Positions 1 through 11,222 of a stretch of 64,000 nucleotides of DNA are shown in pieces (the stretch's first letter is position 1; each line of letters starts with the position of its first letter). The stretch comes from Candidatus Latescibacterota bacterium. GTDB taxonomy: Bacteria; Latescibacterota; UBA2968; GCA-2709665. The DNA is taken from NCBI GenBank assembly GCA_963667175.2, contig CAXXXF010000003.1, positions 384,001-448,000 on the forward strand. The letters run 5' to 3'. Under the pieces are notes generated by a model that was not told the origin of the DNA, searched no databases, and saw nothing but the letters and a program-made list of their open reading frames with translations. The translations under genes were made by a program, and so were the position numbers.

Positions 1-525
1 GCGGAAGCTTGTACGGCGGAGGCGTGGGTTGCGTTGCGGGGGTTCGGCGGCAACGAAACCGCATGGATTCCACGGGTGATGGTGCGGCGACAGTCTGACG
101 CGGCGCCGCTGGCATCCACGTTTGTCGGGGTGATCGAAGCCTACGAGGGCGCACCCGCGATCACGGGCGTTCGCCGGCTCCCCATGGAAGGAGACGACGT
201 GGGTGATCGGCAGGTGGCGGACGTGGGGGTGCAGGTCGACCTCTCCGATGGGCGTCGGGACGTGATTCTGGTCCGGGACGTGGAAAACGCGGAGCGTGAC
301 GGCGAGGGAATGGTGCGGAGGGACTGGAGCGTCCGGACCGACAGCGAGTTGTGTATGGTACGCAGGGGCCCGCACGGTTCGGTATCGACCATTGCGATCT
401 GTAACGGAAAGACCGTACGGGCAGGCGATACCGCCCTTGATTTCAATGAAAGAACGGATTACGCAGAGGTGGGGTTTGAATCCGGCGTTCCCGTGATTCT
501 CGCGGGAGCCGAACACCTGGTGTAA
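1..525 (+). CDS. C-terminal part of a large protein, possibly heparinase II/III-like (truncated by window edge)
   Basis: Frame open from the window start; beta-rich tail (STFVGVIEAY, GRRDVILV); family call is weak. Confidence 0.4.
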   Translation, partial: AEACTAEAWVALRGFGGNETAWIPRVMVRRQSDAAPLASTFVGVIEAYEGAPAITGVRRLPMEGDDVGDRQVADVGVQVDLSDGRRDVILVRDVENAERDGEGMVRRDWSVRTDSELCMVRRGPHGSVSTIAICNGKTVRAGDTALDFNERTDYAEVGFESGVPVILAGAEHLV

Positions 526-548
526 CCCGTCAGAGGAGCAGTCAGGCT

Positions 549-2474
549 TTGGGTTCGGAACCGAAATACGACGTGGTAATCGGCAAGGACGTCATGGTGT
601 CCATGCGGGACGGCGTCCGGCTGGCGACGGACGTGTACCGGCCCGCACGCGACGGTGAACCCGCGCCCGGCGGGTTTCCCGCGATTCTGGGTCGGACGTC
701 GTACGACAAGAGCAGTCCCCGGATGTGGGTGGAGCCGGTTGGCATGTTCTTTGCAAGGAATGGGTACGTTTCGGTGATTCAGGACCTGCGGGGCAGGCAC
801 CGGTCGGAGGGGACCGGGCAATACCACCATACGGCCAACCCCGGTGAGGGGGAGGACGGCTACGATACGGTGTCCTGGATTGGGGAACAGCCCTGGTCCA
901 ACGGACGCGTGGGCACCGTGGGAAGCTCGCACGGTGCGATCGTCCAGGCCGTGATGGCGCTGTACCGCCCTCCGAATCTGAAAGCGATGTGGCAGGACGT
1001 GGGACCGACCAGCATGTACGCGCATTGCTCCCGCGAGGGAGGCGCGATGGCGCTCCACATGTTCGGCGCCCTGTTCCTGCACGGGCACGACGCCCAGGAG
1101 ATCAGGGACGACCCCGCCGCCGTGAGGGCGTTCGCAGACGCCATGGAGCGCATGAGGGAACTGGTCTACGCCACCCCGTTCAGGCCGGGGGACACGCCCC
1201 TGGCCGCGGTGCCCAATCTGGAAAAGATACTCTTCGACTACTATTATCGGGGCGAGTACGACGAGTTCTGGAAACAGGAGTGCTGCGACCAGGAACGGCA
1301 TTTCGAACGGCACGGCGATATCCCGTCCGTATTCAGCGGGGGCTGGTACGATCCGTTCGCGGGGGCGACCACCGGTTATTTCGCGGCAATGTCGAAACAG
1401 AATTCGGCGTCCCAGCGGCTGTTGATGGGCCCGTGGAACCACGGCGGCATACGAGGAGAGGGCGATTCGTTCGCCGGCGACGTGGATTTCGGACCCGACG
1501 CGGCCTGGGGCGACGACGTGTACAACCGGGAGCGGCTGCGGTGGTTCGACCGATGGTTGAAGGGTATTGCCAATGACGTGGATGACGATCCTCCCGTGCG
1601 AATCTTCGTCATGGGAGGAGGCGACGGGCGCCGCAACGCGGAGGGCCGTATGAACCATGGCGGTACCTGGCGTTCGGAGCGGGAGTGGCCGCTCGCGAGG
1701 ACGGTCCATACCCCGTATTATCTCCGCGACGGAGGCCATCTGAGCGTGGAAATTCCGGCGGAAGGGGAGATTCGGGCTGATTATCGGCACGACCCCGACA
1801 ATCCTGTGCCGACCATCGCCGGGAACGTGACCGGCTTTTACGAACTCGTGCCGCTCGGCGACGGGATGGTGGAGCGATACACGCCCCCGAGAGCGCGGAT
1901 GCGCAGCATTGTGCTGGACGGAGCCGCGCATCAACAGGAGGCGCCCGGGATCGTCGGCGCCGCGCCGCCGTATCCGCTCCTGGCGTCCCGGGACGACGTG
2001 CTGGTCTTTCAGACGGGTCCGCTGGCCGAGGACGTCGAGGTGACCGGCCCGATTACGGTGAATCTCTGGATCGCTTCCACCGCCGTGGATACGGACTTTA
2101 CCGCGAAGCTGATCGACGTCTATCCTCCCGGCGAAGACGATCCGGATGGCTATCAAATGAATCTGGTCGATTCCATTATCCGCGCACGCTATCGGAACGG
2201 GTGGGAGAAGCCCGAAATGATGGAGCCCGGCGAGGTGTACACCGTAAGGATCGATTTGCCGCCAACCAGCAATCTGTTCGTGCGCGGCCACCGGATCCGG
2301 GTGGATATCTCCAGCAGCAATTTTCCCCGATTCGACGTGAATCCGAATACCGGCGAACCCGTAGGACGGCATACCCATTCGGTTGTTGCGCGAAATACGG
2401 TTTACATGGACCTCGAGCGGCCTTCCCACGTTGTACTGCCGATCATTCCGTTGCCGAAGGCAAGCAGGAGCTGA
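549..2474 (+). CDS. CocE/NonD family hydrolase (S15-like)
   Basis: MRDGVRLATDVYRP, QDLRGR, GSSHGA nucleophile elbow, GPWNH, SSSNFPRFDVNPNTG; GAGGAG RBS. Confidence 0.92.
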   Translation: MGSEPKYDVVIGKDVMVSMRDGVRLATDVYRPARDGEPAPGGFPAILGRTSYDKSSPRMWVEPVGMFFARNGYVSVIQDLRGRHRSEGTGQYHHTANPGEGEDGYDTVSWIGEQPWSNGRVGTVGSSHGAIVQAVMALYRPPNLKAMWQDVGPTSMYAHCSREGGAMALHMFGALFLHGHDAQEIRDDPAAVRAFADAMERMRELVYATPFRPGDTPLAAVPNLEKILFDYYYRGEYDEFWKQECCDQERHFERHGDIPSVFSGGWYDPFAGATTGYFAAMSKQNSASQRLLMGPWNHGGIRGEGDSFAGDVDFGPDAAWGDDVYNRERLRWFDRWLKGIANDVDDDPPVRIFVMGGGDGRRNAEGRMNHGGTWRSEREWPLARTVHTPYYLRDGGHLSVEIPAEGEIRADYRHDPDNPVPTIAGNVTGFYELVPLGDGMVERYTPPRARMRSIVLDGAAHQQEAPGIVGAAPPYPLLASRDDVLVFQTGPLAEDVEVTGPITVNLWIASTAVDTDFTAKLIDVYPPGEDDPDGYQMNLVDSIIRARYRNGWEKPEMMEPGEVYTVRIDLPPTSNLFVRGHRIRVDISSSNFPRFDVNPNTGEPVGRHTHSVVARNTVYMDLERPSHVVLPIIPLPKASRS

Positions 2475-2514
2475 CCCGCGAGGGCTGAAGGTTTTTTCAT
2501 ACAGGAGGCGAAAG

Positions 2515-3309
2515 ATGGCCACGAGCGAACCAACGGTGCAGAAACTGTTCGACTTGAGCGGAAAGGTGGCGATGGTGACGGGTGGTACGGGGTTTCTGGG
2601 ATCGGCGTTTGCTAACGCGCTGGCCGAGGCGGGGGCGAGGATCGTCATCAGCAGCAGAGAGCGCAGCCGCGCCGAGGCAGCGGCCGCGAAGCTGCCTGGC
2701 GACGCTCACGTGGGCGTGCGGCTGGACCATATGGATGGGGGATCCATCGAAGCCGGTTTTGCCGATGCGGTGGAAGCAACAGGACAGATCGACGTTCTGG
2801 TCAACAATGGGAACGAGGGCGTGCTGAACGACTGGACCGACGTGACACACGAGCAGTTCGCGAAGCAACAGGGGAACGTGGCCGGATATTTCACACTCGC
2901 CCGGCTGGTGCGAAACGACGCCGTGGAACGCGGAGACCCCGCGAGCATTGTCATGCTCGGATCCATGTACGGACAGGTGGCGTCCTATCCGGATACCTAT
3001 GCGGGGGTGTGTCCCGCCAGCCCGGCGGCCTATCACGCGCTGAAAGGCGGGATCATCCACGTGACGCGACACCTCGCGGTCTACTGGGCGGCGGACCGCG
3101 TGAGGGTGAATTGTCTGAGCCCTGGGCCGTTTCCCAATATGACCAAAGCGCCCCGCGAAATGGTGGACCGCTTGTGCACGAAAAGCCCGATGGGACGCAT
3201 GGGGGAACCGCACGAGCTGAAGGGAGCGATCGTGTTTCTCGCGAGTGACGCCAGCAGCTACATGACCGGCCAGAATCTGACCATTGACGGCGGATGGACG
3301 GCGTGGTAG
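2515..3309 (+). CDS. SDR family oxidoreductase
   Basis: TGGTGFLG, YHALK (YxxxK), GQNLTIDGGW; AGGAGG RBS before ATG 2515. Confidence 0.92.
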   Translation: MATSEPTVQKLFDLSGKVAMVTGGTGFLGSAFANALAEAGARIVISSRERSRAEAAAAKLPGDAHVGVRLDHMDGGSIEAGFADAVEATGQIDVLVNNGNEGVLNDWTDVTHEQFAKQQGNVAGYFTLARLVRNDAVERGDPASIVMLGSMYGQVASYPDTYAGVCPASPAAYHALKGGIIHVTRHLAVYWAADRVRVNCLSPGPFPNMTKAPREMVDRLCTKSPMGRMGEPHELKGAIVFLASDASSYMTGQNLTIDGGWTAW

Positions 3310-3366
3310 CGTCCTGTCCCGGAAACAAGATGCCTGAACTCGACCGTCGCGACTGGAGGATCTGAG

Positions 3367-4719
3367 ATGAATGAACGGAGCGGGACGACCGCCGAGCATT
3401 CGGTCGCCGCGTCGATGGCGGTTTACGAGCGGGCGCTGGAGGTGATTCCGGGCGTGACGCAGTTGCTCAGCCGCCGGCCCACGCAGGCGGCGCTGGGGGT
3501 GAGTCCGGTGTACGTCGCCAGGGCGAAGGGGTGCCGGATCCGGGACGTCGACGGCAACGAATACGTGGATTGGATGAGCGGGGTCGGGCCGATCATACTG
3601 GGCTATGCCGACGACGTCGTGGACGCGGCAGTGAAGGAACAGATCGAACGAGGCGGAATCTGCAGCATCGTCCACGAAAGCGCCGTGGAACTGGCCGAGG
3701 AACTGGTGCGGCTGATTCCGTCGGCGGAGATGGTTCGCTACGCGAAGGGCGGGGGCGAGGCGTGTACCGTAGCCGTCCGGATCGCCCGGGGAGTTACGGG
3801 ACGGGACCACGTGCTGTTCTGCGGTTATCACGGATGGCACGACTGGTACCTGGCGGCGAATCTGGGCGAGGAACGGCTCGACGGTCACCTCCGGCCGGGA
3901 ATCGAGCCGATCGGTGTGCCGCGTGTGCTCGAGGGCACGGCAATCCCGTTCGAATACGGCGATCTGCAAATGCTCGAGGACCGTCTGAAGGCGAACCGGA
4001 ACGAAGTGGCGTGCATCATGATGGAGCCGATGCGCACGGAGTTGCCGCCTCCAGGATACCTGGAAGGCGTGCGCGAGCTGGCAACGAAGTATGGCGTGGT
4101 CCTGATTTTTGACGAGGTCTCGTGCGGATTCCGGATCGCGCTGGGCGGGGTACAGGAGTATACGGGCGTGGTTCCGGACCTGTCCGTGTTCGCGAAGGCG
4201 ATCTCAAACGGGTATCCGATGGCAGCCGTGGTCGGCCGGCGGGAGGTGATGGAGCCGGTTTCCAGGATGTTCATTTCGAGCGCCTACTGGGACGACCCGA
4301 TCGGAACCGTGGCCGCGTTGACGACGCTGAGAGAACTTGAGCGGCGGGACGCGGTGGCCCACTTCGAACGGATTGGGGCGTCCTTCAAGGAGCGGATCAA
4401 CCGGGCGGCGAGAGAGACTGGCGTAGACGCCGAATGCGTCGGCGTTGCCGCCCACCCGGGAATCCGGTTTCACGTTGAAGATCCGGAGACCGCCCGGAAG
4501 GTGACGACGCTGTTCATCCAGGAAAACGCGAAACGGGGACTGATCCTGTCGACGGGTTTCTTCTTCAATGCCGCACACGACGACGCGGCGCTGGAACAGA
4601 CGGAGGCGGTGGTTCGGGAGAGTTTCGCGCTGATCAGAGACGGGTTGGAGAATCGGCGGCTGGATGCGCTGCTGCAGTGCGAGACGCGGGAGGATCTCTT
4701 CAGGCGCCTGGTGAGATGA
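3367..4719 (+). CDS. class III PLP aminotransferase (GSA aminomutase-like)
   Basis: DVDGNEYVD, GYHGWHD, FDEVSCGFR, FAKAISNGYP. Confidence 0.9.
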   Translation: MNERSGTTAEHSVAASMAVYERALEVIPGVTQLLSRRPTQAALGVSPVYVARAKGCRIRDVDGNEYVDWMSGVGPIILGYADDVVDAAVKEQIERGGICSIVHESAVELAEELVRLIPSAEMVRYAKGGGEACTVAVRIARGVTGRDHVLFCGYHGWHDWYLAANLGEERLDGHLRPGIEPIGVPRVLEGTAIPFEYGDLQMLEDRLKANRNEVACIMMEPMRTELPPPGYLEGVRELATKYGVVLIFDEVSCGFRIALGGVQEYTGVVPDLSVFAKAISNGYPMAAVVGRREVMEPVSRMFISSAYWDDPIGTVAALTTLRELERRDAVAHFERIGASFKERINRAARETGVDAECVGVAAHPGIRFHVEDPETARKVTTLFIQENAKRGLILSTGFFFNAAHDDAALEQTEAVVRESFALIRDGLENRRLDALLQCETREDLFRRLVR

Positions 4720-4777
4720 CGGCTGAATGAACGTCCGGCTGATGCGCCGGGATGGCGTGCGCATGGACGAATTCCGG

Positions 4778-6292
<1,515 letters not shown>

Positions 6293-6660
6293 TCAAACCG
6301 GGCCGAATATACACAGAAACAGGAGTTGCGTAAAGGGTAAATTTCGTCAGAAAATGGGTCTGCACCAGTGTCGCTTTGGTGGCTATCCAGGGTACACGTG
6401 AAGCGGACCTCGGCCGTCGTCGGGATACGCGAGTTATACGACTTGATCGAACGGGAATTGGTCTTTGACGTGAGGTTAGCGTGTGTCGTGGAAGATGATG
6501 TCGAATCCTTTGAAGGTTTCTGGCTCGGCCTTTGAGACTCCAACCGTATAACGTATTGTTGCGGACCTCGGTTCGGTGTTAGGATCGATGTTCCCTTGGA
6601 TAATATTTCGTTTTGGTGTATAACCCCGGTTACAGCGGGCATGCATAATATACAACTAAA

Positions 6661-6728
6661 AAATAGCTATTAAAAGATTAATATAAATATATTTTTTATT
6701 TGACAAATAGCTACTTTTTGGTTATTGT
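6661..6728 (+). promoter_or_regulatory. sigma70-like promoter with two AATAGCTAYT operator-like sites
   Basis: TTGACA (6700)-17 nt-TATTGT (6723); palindromic AATAGCTATT at 6662 and AATAGCTACT at 6706. Confidence 0.7.
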
Positions 6729-6768
6729 TTTCTGCATAATCTCCAGACGATCAAAGGGGGACGAATTG

Positions 6769-6981
6769 ATGGGCGCCAAGAGGACGATGACACTTAACCT
6801 CACAGTTGCAGAGATGGATGTGCTGGAAGAACTGAGCGCAAAGAAAGAGCTAAGCAAGACTGCCCTTTTGCGTCAGGCATTGCGGATATATCAATTGATC
6901 GAGGTAAGGCTTGAAAGTGGCGCCAAACTGTTCTTCGAGGATGAGAAGACCGAGAAAAAGGCCGAGGTCATGCTGCTGTGA
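6769..6981 (+). CDS. ribbon-helix-helix (CopG-like) protein
   Basis: RTMTLNL beta-ribbon then LEELSAKKELSKTALLRQAL; stop overlaps next start (GTGA). Confidence 0.8.
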   Translation: MGAKRTMTLNLTVAEMDVLEELSAKKELSKTALLRQALRIYQLIEVRLESGAKLFFEDEKTEKKAEVMLL

Positions 6982-7613
6982 CCGCGTCGATTTCGGTAGT
7001 CCATCTCTTCAACGTGGCCCGCGGCGAATCGGAAGCTGCCGAACTGTCCGATGCCATCACGGAGCGGCACCTCGCTGATTGGGAAGGCGAGTGGATGCCC
7101 GCCTTGTTCAACGCGGTACGGCGCCTCAAGCGTAAGGGGGTCCCGACGCGGGAATGGCCGCAGAGCAGCCATTGGAATTGGCGCAGAAAAGTTAATGCGC
7201 TACATGGGATTCTGGCCAGTCCGGGTTTCAGCATCGTCTGCAATGGCATGACTCAGGGTCTGATGATGGTTGACACGGCGACGCACAGATGTCGAGTCGA
7301 TAGCCAGAATGGTAAGCACCTCGTGTACATTGAGTACGTCGAAAACGCACCCTGGAATCGCCCGGAGTTATTCGATCCGCCGCGATTCCGCGGTGTTGGA
7401 AGCATTCTAATCAGGGCTGCCGTCGCACTGAGCGAGGAGTTGGAGTTTCGGGGACGAATCGGCCTCCATTCGCTGCCTCAGGCAGATAGCTTTTATGCCA
7501 ATACCTGTGGCATGACCGATCTAGGGGCCGATCTCGACTACGAGGGTTTGCGCTACTTCGAGATGACACCCAAACAGGCGCGGGCTTTCGTTACGTGGGG
7601 GAGATTGCCATGA
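6978..7613 (+). CDS. GNAT family acetyltransferase
   Basis: Motif A RFRGVGSILIRAA, motif B GLHSLPQADSFY. Confidence 0.85.
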   Translation: MTASISVVHLFNVARGESEAAELSDAITERHLADWEGEWMPALFNAVRRLKRKGVPTREWPQSSHWNWRRKVNALHGILASPGFSIVCNGMTQGLMMVDTATHRCRVDSQNGKHLVYIEYVENAPWNRPELFDPPRFRGVGSILIRAAVALSEELEFRGRIGLHSLPQADSFYANTCGMTDLGADLDYEGLRYFEMTPKQARAFVTWGRLP

Positions 7614-8092
7614 AGTTGAGAATCAGTAAGGCGTGGTGCACTCGGATGGCAGAACTGGAGGGAGACACCGAAATCGGAGCCGGTCGCCTGGCAATCGATC
7701 CGCCTTTTGACGGTGAAACTATCCCGGTCGTCGACAGATTCGACGAACCCAATATCGCCTTCGGTCGTTTAAACAACCTCATGCGCCGCCGCCGAGGCTT
7801 GAGCATTGAGGGGCTTGCCATGGCGGCGAACGTGACTGTAACGGAGCTGGTCGAGATCGAAAACGACGTTCGCTATAATCCGTCGTTGCAGACGATCGAT
7901 AAACTGGCCAGCTACTTCAATTTGCCTCGGTCTGGTCTAATGCAGATGGCAGGACTGACAGCTTCGAAGGATGCAAGCCTGTCTGAACGGGCAGTTCGCT
8001 ATGTCGCGCGTACGGAGTCGACTGCGGAACTGACGCCTGAAGAGAACGCGGCGTTGGAAGGGTTCATGGCTGTTCTCAGCGAGCAGAAATAG
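7610..8092 (+). CDS. XRE family helix-turn-helix protein
   Basis: RRRRGLSIEGLA...ELVEIEND...PSLQTIDKLASYF; ATGA overlap with the GNAT stop. Confidence 0.85.
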   Translation: MKLRISKAWCTRMAELEGDTEIGAGRLAIDPPFDGETIPVVDRFDEPNIAFGRLNNLMRRRRGLSIEGLAMAANVTVTELVEIENDVRYNPSLQTIDKLASYFNLPRSGLMQMAGLTASKDASLSERAVRYVARTESTAELTPEENAALEGFMAVLSEQK

Positions 8093-8226
8093 CTGAAACG
8101 CATTGTCGTTGCACGACGTTGACCCGGGGTATCGAGCTCTTCGCCGAAATTCACCTCAACGTTGCTTTCTCGGACTCACTCAAAGAATCCCTTTGCAGAT
8201 GTGGTGTTCCGTCGTTGATAATCCTT

Positions 8227-9303
8227 TCATTTCATCAGATGGATGCTGCCATTCATACTCCGCAGCTTGACAACGGCATCGCCGCCGTCTCCGACGTCGC
8301 CCTTCAGCCGGTTTCTGGATTTGCGCCCCGCTTCGACGGCAAAATCGCTGCGGACGCGCCCGTTGCTCGTTTTGGCGTCAATACGGCCCGACCAGTCGGC
8401 TGGAAGCGTCAGTTTGACGGAGCCGTTGTTTGTGGCGGCGGTTACCTGGCCGAGACTTTCACTCACCTCCATCTTGATCGATCCGTTCGTGGTCAGCAGC
8501 TTCGCAGCGTCGACGAGCCGTTCGGCCTGGACTGAGATCGATCCGTTGACGGTTTGGGCGGTAATCGGGCCGGTTTCCGCATCCAGTTTCACCGAGCCAT
8601 TGACGCTTTCCGCATCGACCGCCCCCTGGGTTCCACGGGACCTGATTCCGCCCTGGACGGTGCTGAGACGCAATGCCATCGCCCGCGGCGTTTCGATTTC
8701 ATAGCGAATGACCACATTGACGCCGCCGGGCGGCGTGGGATGTTCGGCAGAAACGCGAAGCTCGTCGCCGACCTGTTCGGCGCGGACCTCGACTTCCCGT
8801 TCGAAATCCTCCGTTACGGAACGACGCCCGTGGACCGCTTTCCACGCGCGGACAACGATCCGGTCGCTGTCCGTTCCCGTGAGGGAGATCGAGCCGTTGA
8901 CGGTTTCAGCGCGGACCGTCGCAATGTTCTCGGCATCGAATGTCCATTCCTGCGGACCCCCGGCCCCCCGTTCTCCGGTGTCCCGTTCCCATCTGGCCGC
9001 GGTATCGGCGACGGTCGACGTCGCCTGATCGACAGCCTCGTTCACCATCTTGCCGATGTCCTGCCACCGGACCGACTCCATCGCTTTGCCAACCTCGTTT
9101 TCGATTTCCCGTCCCAGGTCGCTGAAAGCCTCCGTGAACCTGTCGAAGTTTCCCTTCCTCTCCCTGCGTCGGCCCTCTTCCGTGTCGGTCTCCTCGTGCG
9201 TGCGGGACGGCTCATCGAGCGCCCGCAATAGCAAATCGGCCTCTTCCGGGTTGATTTTGCCCTCGGAAAGCATTTTCAGGATTTCAAGTCTCTCCGTACT
9301 CAT
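8227..9303 (-). CDS. DUF4097 beta-repeat protein with SHOCT-like N-terminus (YvlB/LiaX-like)
   Basis: ERLEILKMLSEGKINPEEADLLL; repeated TVNGSI/TSNGRV motifs. Confidence 0.85.
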   Translation of the reverse strand: MSTERLEILKMLSEGKINPEEADLLLRALDEPSRTHEETDTEEGRRRERKGNFDRFTEAFSDLGREIENEVGKAMESVRWQDIGKMVNEAVDQATSTVADTAARWERDTGERGAGGPQEWTFDAENIATVRAETVNGSISLTGTDSDRIVVRAWKAVHGRRSVTEDFEREVEVRAEQVGDELRVSAEHPTPPGGVNVVIRYEIETPRAMALRLSTVQGGIRSRGTQGAVDAESVNGSVKLDAETGPITAQTVNGSISVQAERLVDAAKLLTTNGSIKMEVSESLGQVTAATNNGSVKLTLPADWSGRIDAKTSNGRVRSDFAVEAGRKSRNRLKGDVGDGGDAVVKLRSMNGSIHLMK

Positions 9304-9695
9304 TTTTGTTTCCTCCCCAGTTGCTTTATCTGTTCGGCCGCTTCCTCCGCGGATATTTCTCCTTCATTGAGCTGTTTCAGGATCTCGCGGCGTCTGCCGG
9401 AGCTTTCGCCCGGAGCGGGCGCATCGGCCCGGACTTCGTAGCCGAGCTCCGCGATGACGGCGTTCAGGCGGTTGCGAACGGTGGGGTAGGAGATCCCCAG
9501 TTCGCGCTCCATTTCCTTGATATTGCCCCGGTTCTTGACGAAGATCTCGATAAAGTCGAGACTCTGCTGCTGCAGGCGGCAGAATGGACACGTGGAGTAT
9601 TGACTCTCGATTCTGGTGTGGCAGGTGTGACAATGCAGACCCGATATCGTCAGTTCTCCGCCGCACGTTGGACATTTCTCCAAGACTTTCCGCAC
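9300..9695 (-). CDS. DUF2089 family protein (Zn ribbon + HTH + SHOCT)
   Basis: CPTC...CHTC, GNIKEMERELGISYPTVRNRL. Confidence 0.9.
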   Translation of the reverse strand: MRKVLEKCPTCGGELTISGLHCHTCHTRIESQYSTCPFCRLQQQSLDFIEIFVKNRGNIKEMERELGISYPTVRNRLNAVIAELGYEVRADAPAPGESSGRRREILKQLNEGEISAEEAAEQIKQLGRKQK

Positions 9696-9801
9696 GGTAC
9701 CATAACTCCTTGATTTGGTTGATAATTTTGAACTTGCACGCGTTACTATGGATATATTCTTCGGTTTGATACCACAGGAGACTGTCGAAGAACGCCAATC
9801 T

Positions 9802-10728
9802 TCATTGCTTCGAGAATTCCTTCAAGATCGTATCCTCTGATTCTGCGAGCAGTTTCAGCTCAACAGCGAGTCGGGCCCAATCTGCTTCTGCCACGAGGCG
9901 GTGGCACTTGCCAAGACTCTGGGCCTGGTCCCGTTTGATTTCGGCCAACTGAGGGTTCCTGCCCTCGAAGAAGGCGGCATAGTCAAGAGCTCTGCGCGCA
10001 CCGAGACAGAAGTGGAAGGTTTTCATCAGATGGACCTGAAATTCCGGGAGGCTCTGTGCCCCTGTTTTTTCTGCCAACGCTGTGATCGCCCGAGGACCGA
10101 AAGTCCAACCAAACTCGGTTGCGATTTCCTGCGATTGTCGGTAGCAGGCGCAGAAGTGTTCGATTCCCCTCGCGTAGATCTCGTCTGTGTCCGGACGCTC
10201 GACTCGAATTGGAGCAGTCCAGTAACGGTAATATCCTCGCCGGTAGTCGATTTTCTCTGCCTTCCACGCGACAGCAAGCCGGGAAAACGGAAGTGAAACG
10301 CCTGGAAAACCCTCAGGATCGTGCAAAAACACCTGTTCATTCGCAATCTCGTAGGCCAATACGAAATGGTCCGCACCGGGAGCATTGAACGGGAGATAGT
10401 TGAGGCAGCCCATATCGAGAGGACCAAGAATGGCCGGACCCTTCTGAAGTTGCCTTTCGAGTTCGTCCAGCGGACATGGGTCCGACTCCGCCCTCGATCT
10501 CTCGACGAATCGAAAACCGAGTATACCAAGGGCCGCACTCAATCCGATGTCGGGTGGGGAGTAGGGATTGGACAGCCAGAACATTCCGTCATCCTGCCGG
10601 ACGGCGCCAAGGCCCACTCCGGTGAGGACCTCGATCAGACCAGGCTCGAAATCTTCGCCGATGGACTTCAACAACATCGCTGCTGAATTGGCATAACAGT
10701 ATGGTGCATTTCCTACATACTCGACCAT
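9802..10728 (-). CDS. papain-like (C39/BtrH-N-like) peptidase domain protein
   Basis: YCYANS...DHFVL...LHDP Cys-His-Asp arrangement. Confidence 0.65.
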   Translation of the reverse strand: MVEYVGNAPYCYANSAAMLLKSIGEDFEPGLIEVLTGVGLGAVRQDDGMFWLSNPYSPPDIGLSAALGILGFRFVERSRAESDPCPLDELERQLQKGPAILGPLDMGCLNYLPFNAPGADHFVLAYEIANEQVFLHDPEGFPGVSLPFSRLAVAWKAEKIDYRRGYYRYWTAPIRVERPDTDEIYARGIEHFCACYRQSQEIATEFGWTFGPRAITALAEKTGAQSLPEFQVHLMKTFHFCLGARRALDYAAFFEGRNPQLAEIKRDQAQSLGKCHRLVAEADWARLAVELKLLAESEDTILKEFSKQ

Positions 10729-11059
10729 GATCTGACTCTTTATCGAAATGAGGTTCCTGCAAGATCGACGTGACGCGCAGCTATTCTCGGCTAAAGAATC
10801 CAACTCGTCCGCTGAGTACTTGCCCGGAACCTGGGGACCCTGAGTCCGTTGCATGGTGTCGATGGGATGCCGAACGGCTCGGTGCAAGCGAGCGGGTGAC
10901 GTCGTCAGTTAAAGCGACTTGCGGCTGTTTTGGACCAAAGGTATCTTGGACGCGTGCTTGGGGATCCCCGAAGCACCTGAGCCCGGTCTCCCCGTCGCCA
11001 TTCCGTCATCGCGTCCTGTTCGGCCTTCGGTTGACTTTCCACGCGGTCGACAATGAAAG

Positions 11060-11088
11060 AATATAAATATCAATTATCAATATGTCAA
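11060..11088 (-). promoter_or_regulatory. sigma70-like promoter in AT-rich divergent region
   Basis: TTGACA-17 nt-TATATT on the minus strand. Confidence 0.65.
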
Positions 11089-11222
11089 TATATTTCCAAA
11101 AAAATAAATCGAAATAGTCAATTATTAATAATAATTTGTAAATTATAAAAAATTATCTAATCAGTTCACACTTGCTTGGGATATCGGATCGGAACAGCTA
11201 CACTTCGCAGGATGAACGGGCG

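Noticed and set aside
459-3969. Long antisense ORFs (729 aa and 490 aa, and similar ones elsewhere such as 14691-16031)
   Set aside because: They shadow well-supported genes on the opposite strand, have no motifs, and are expected from high-GC codon bias
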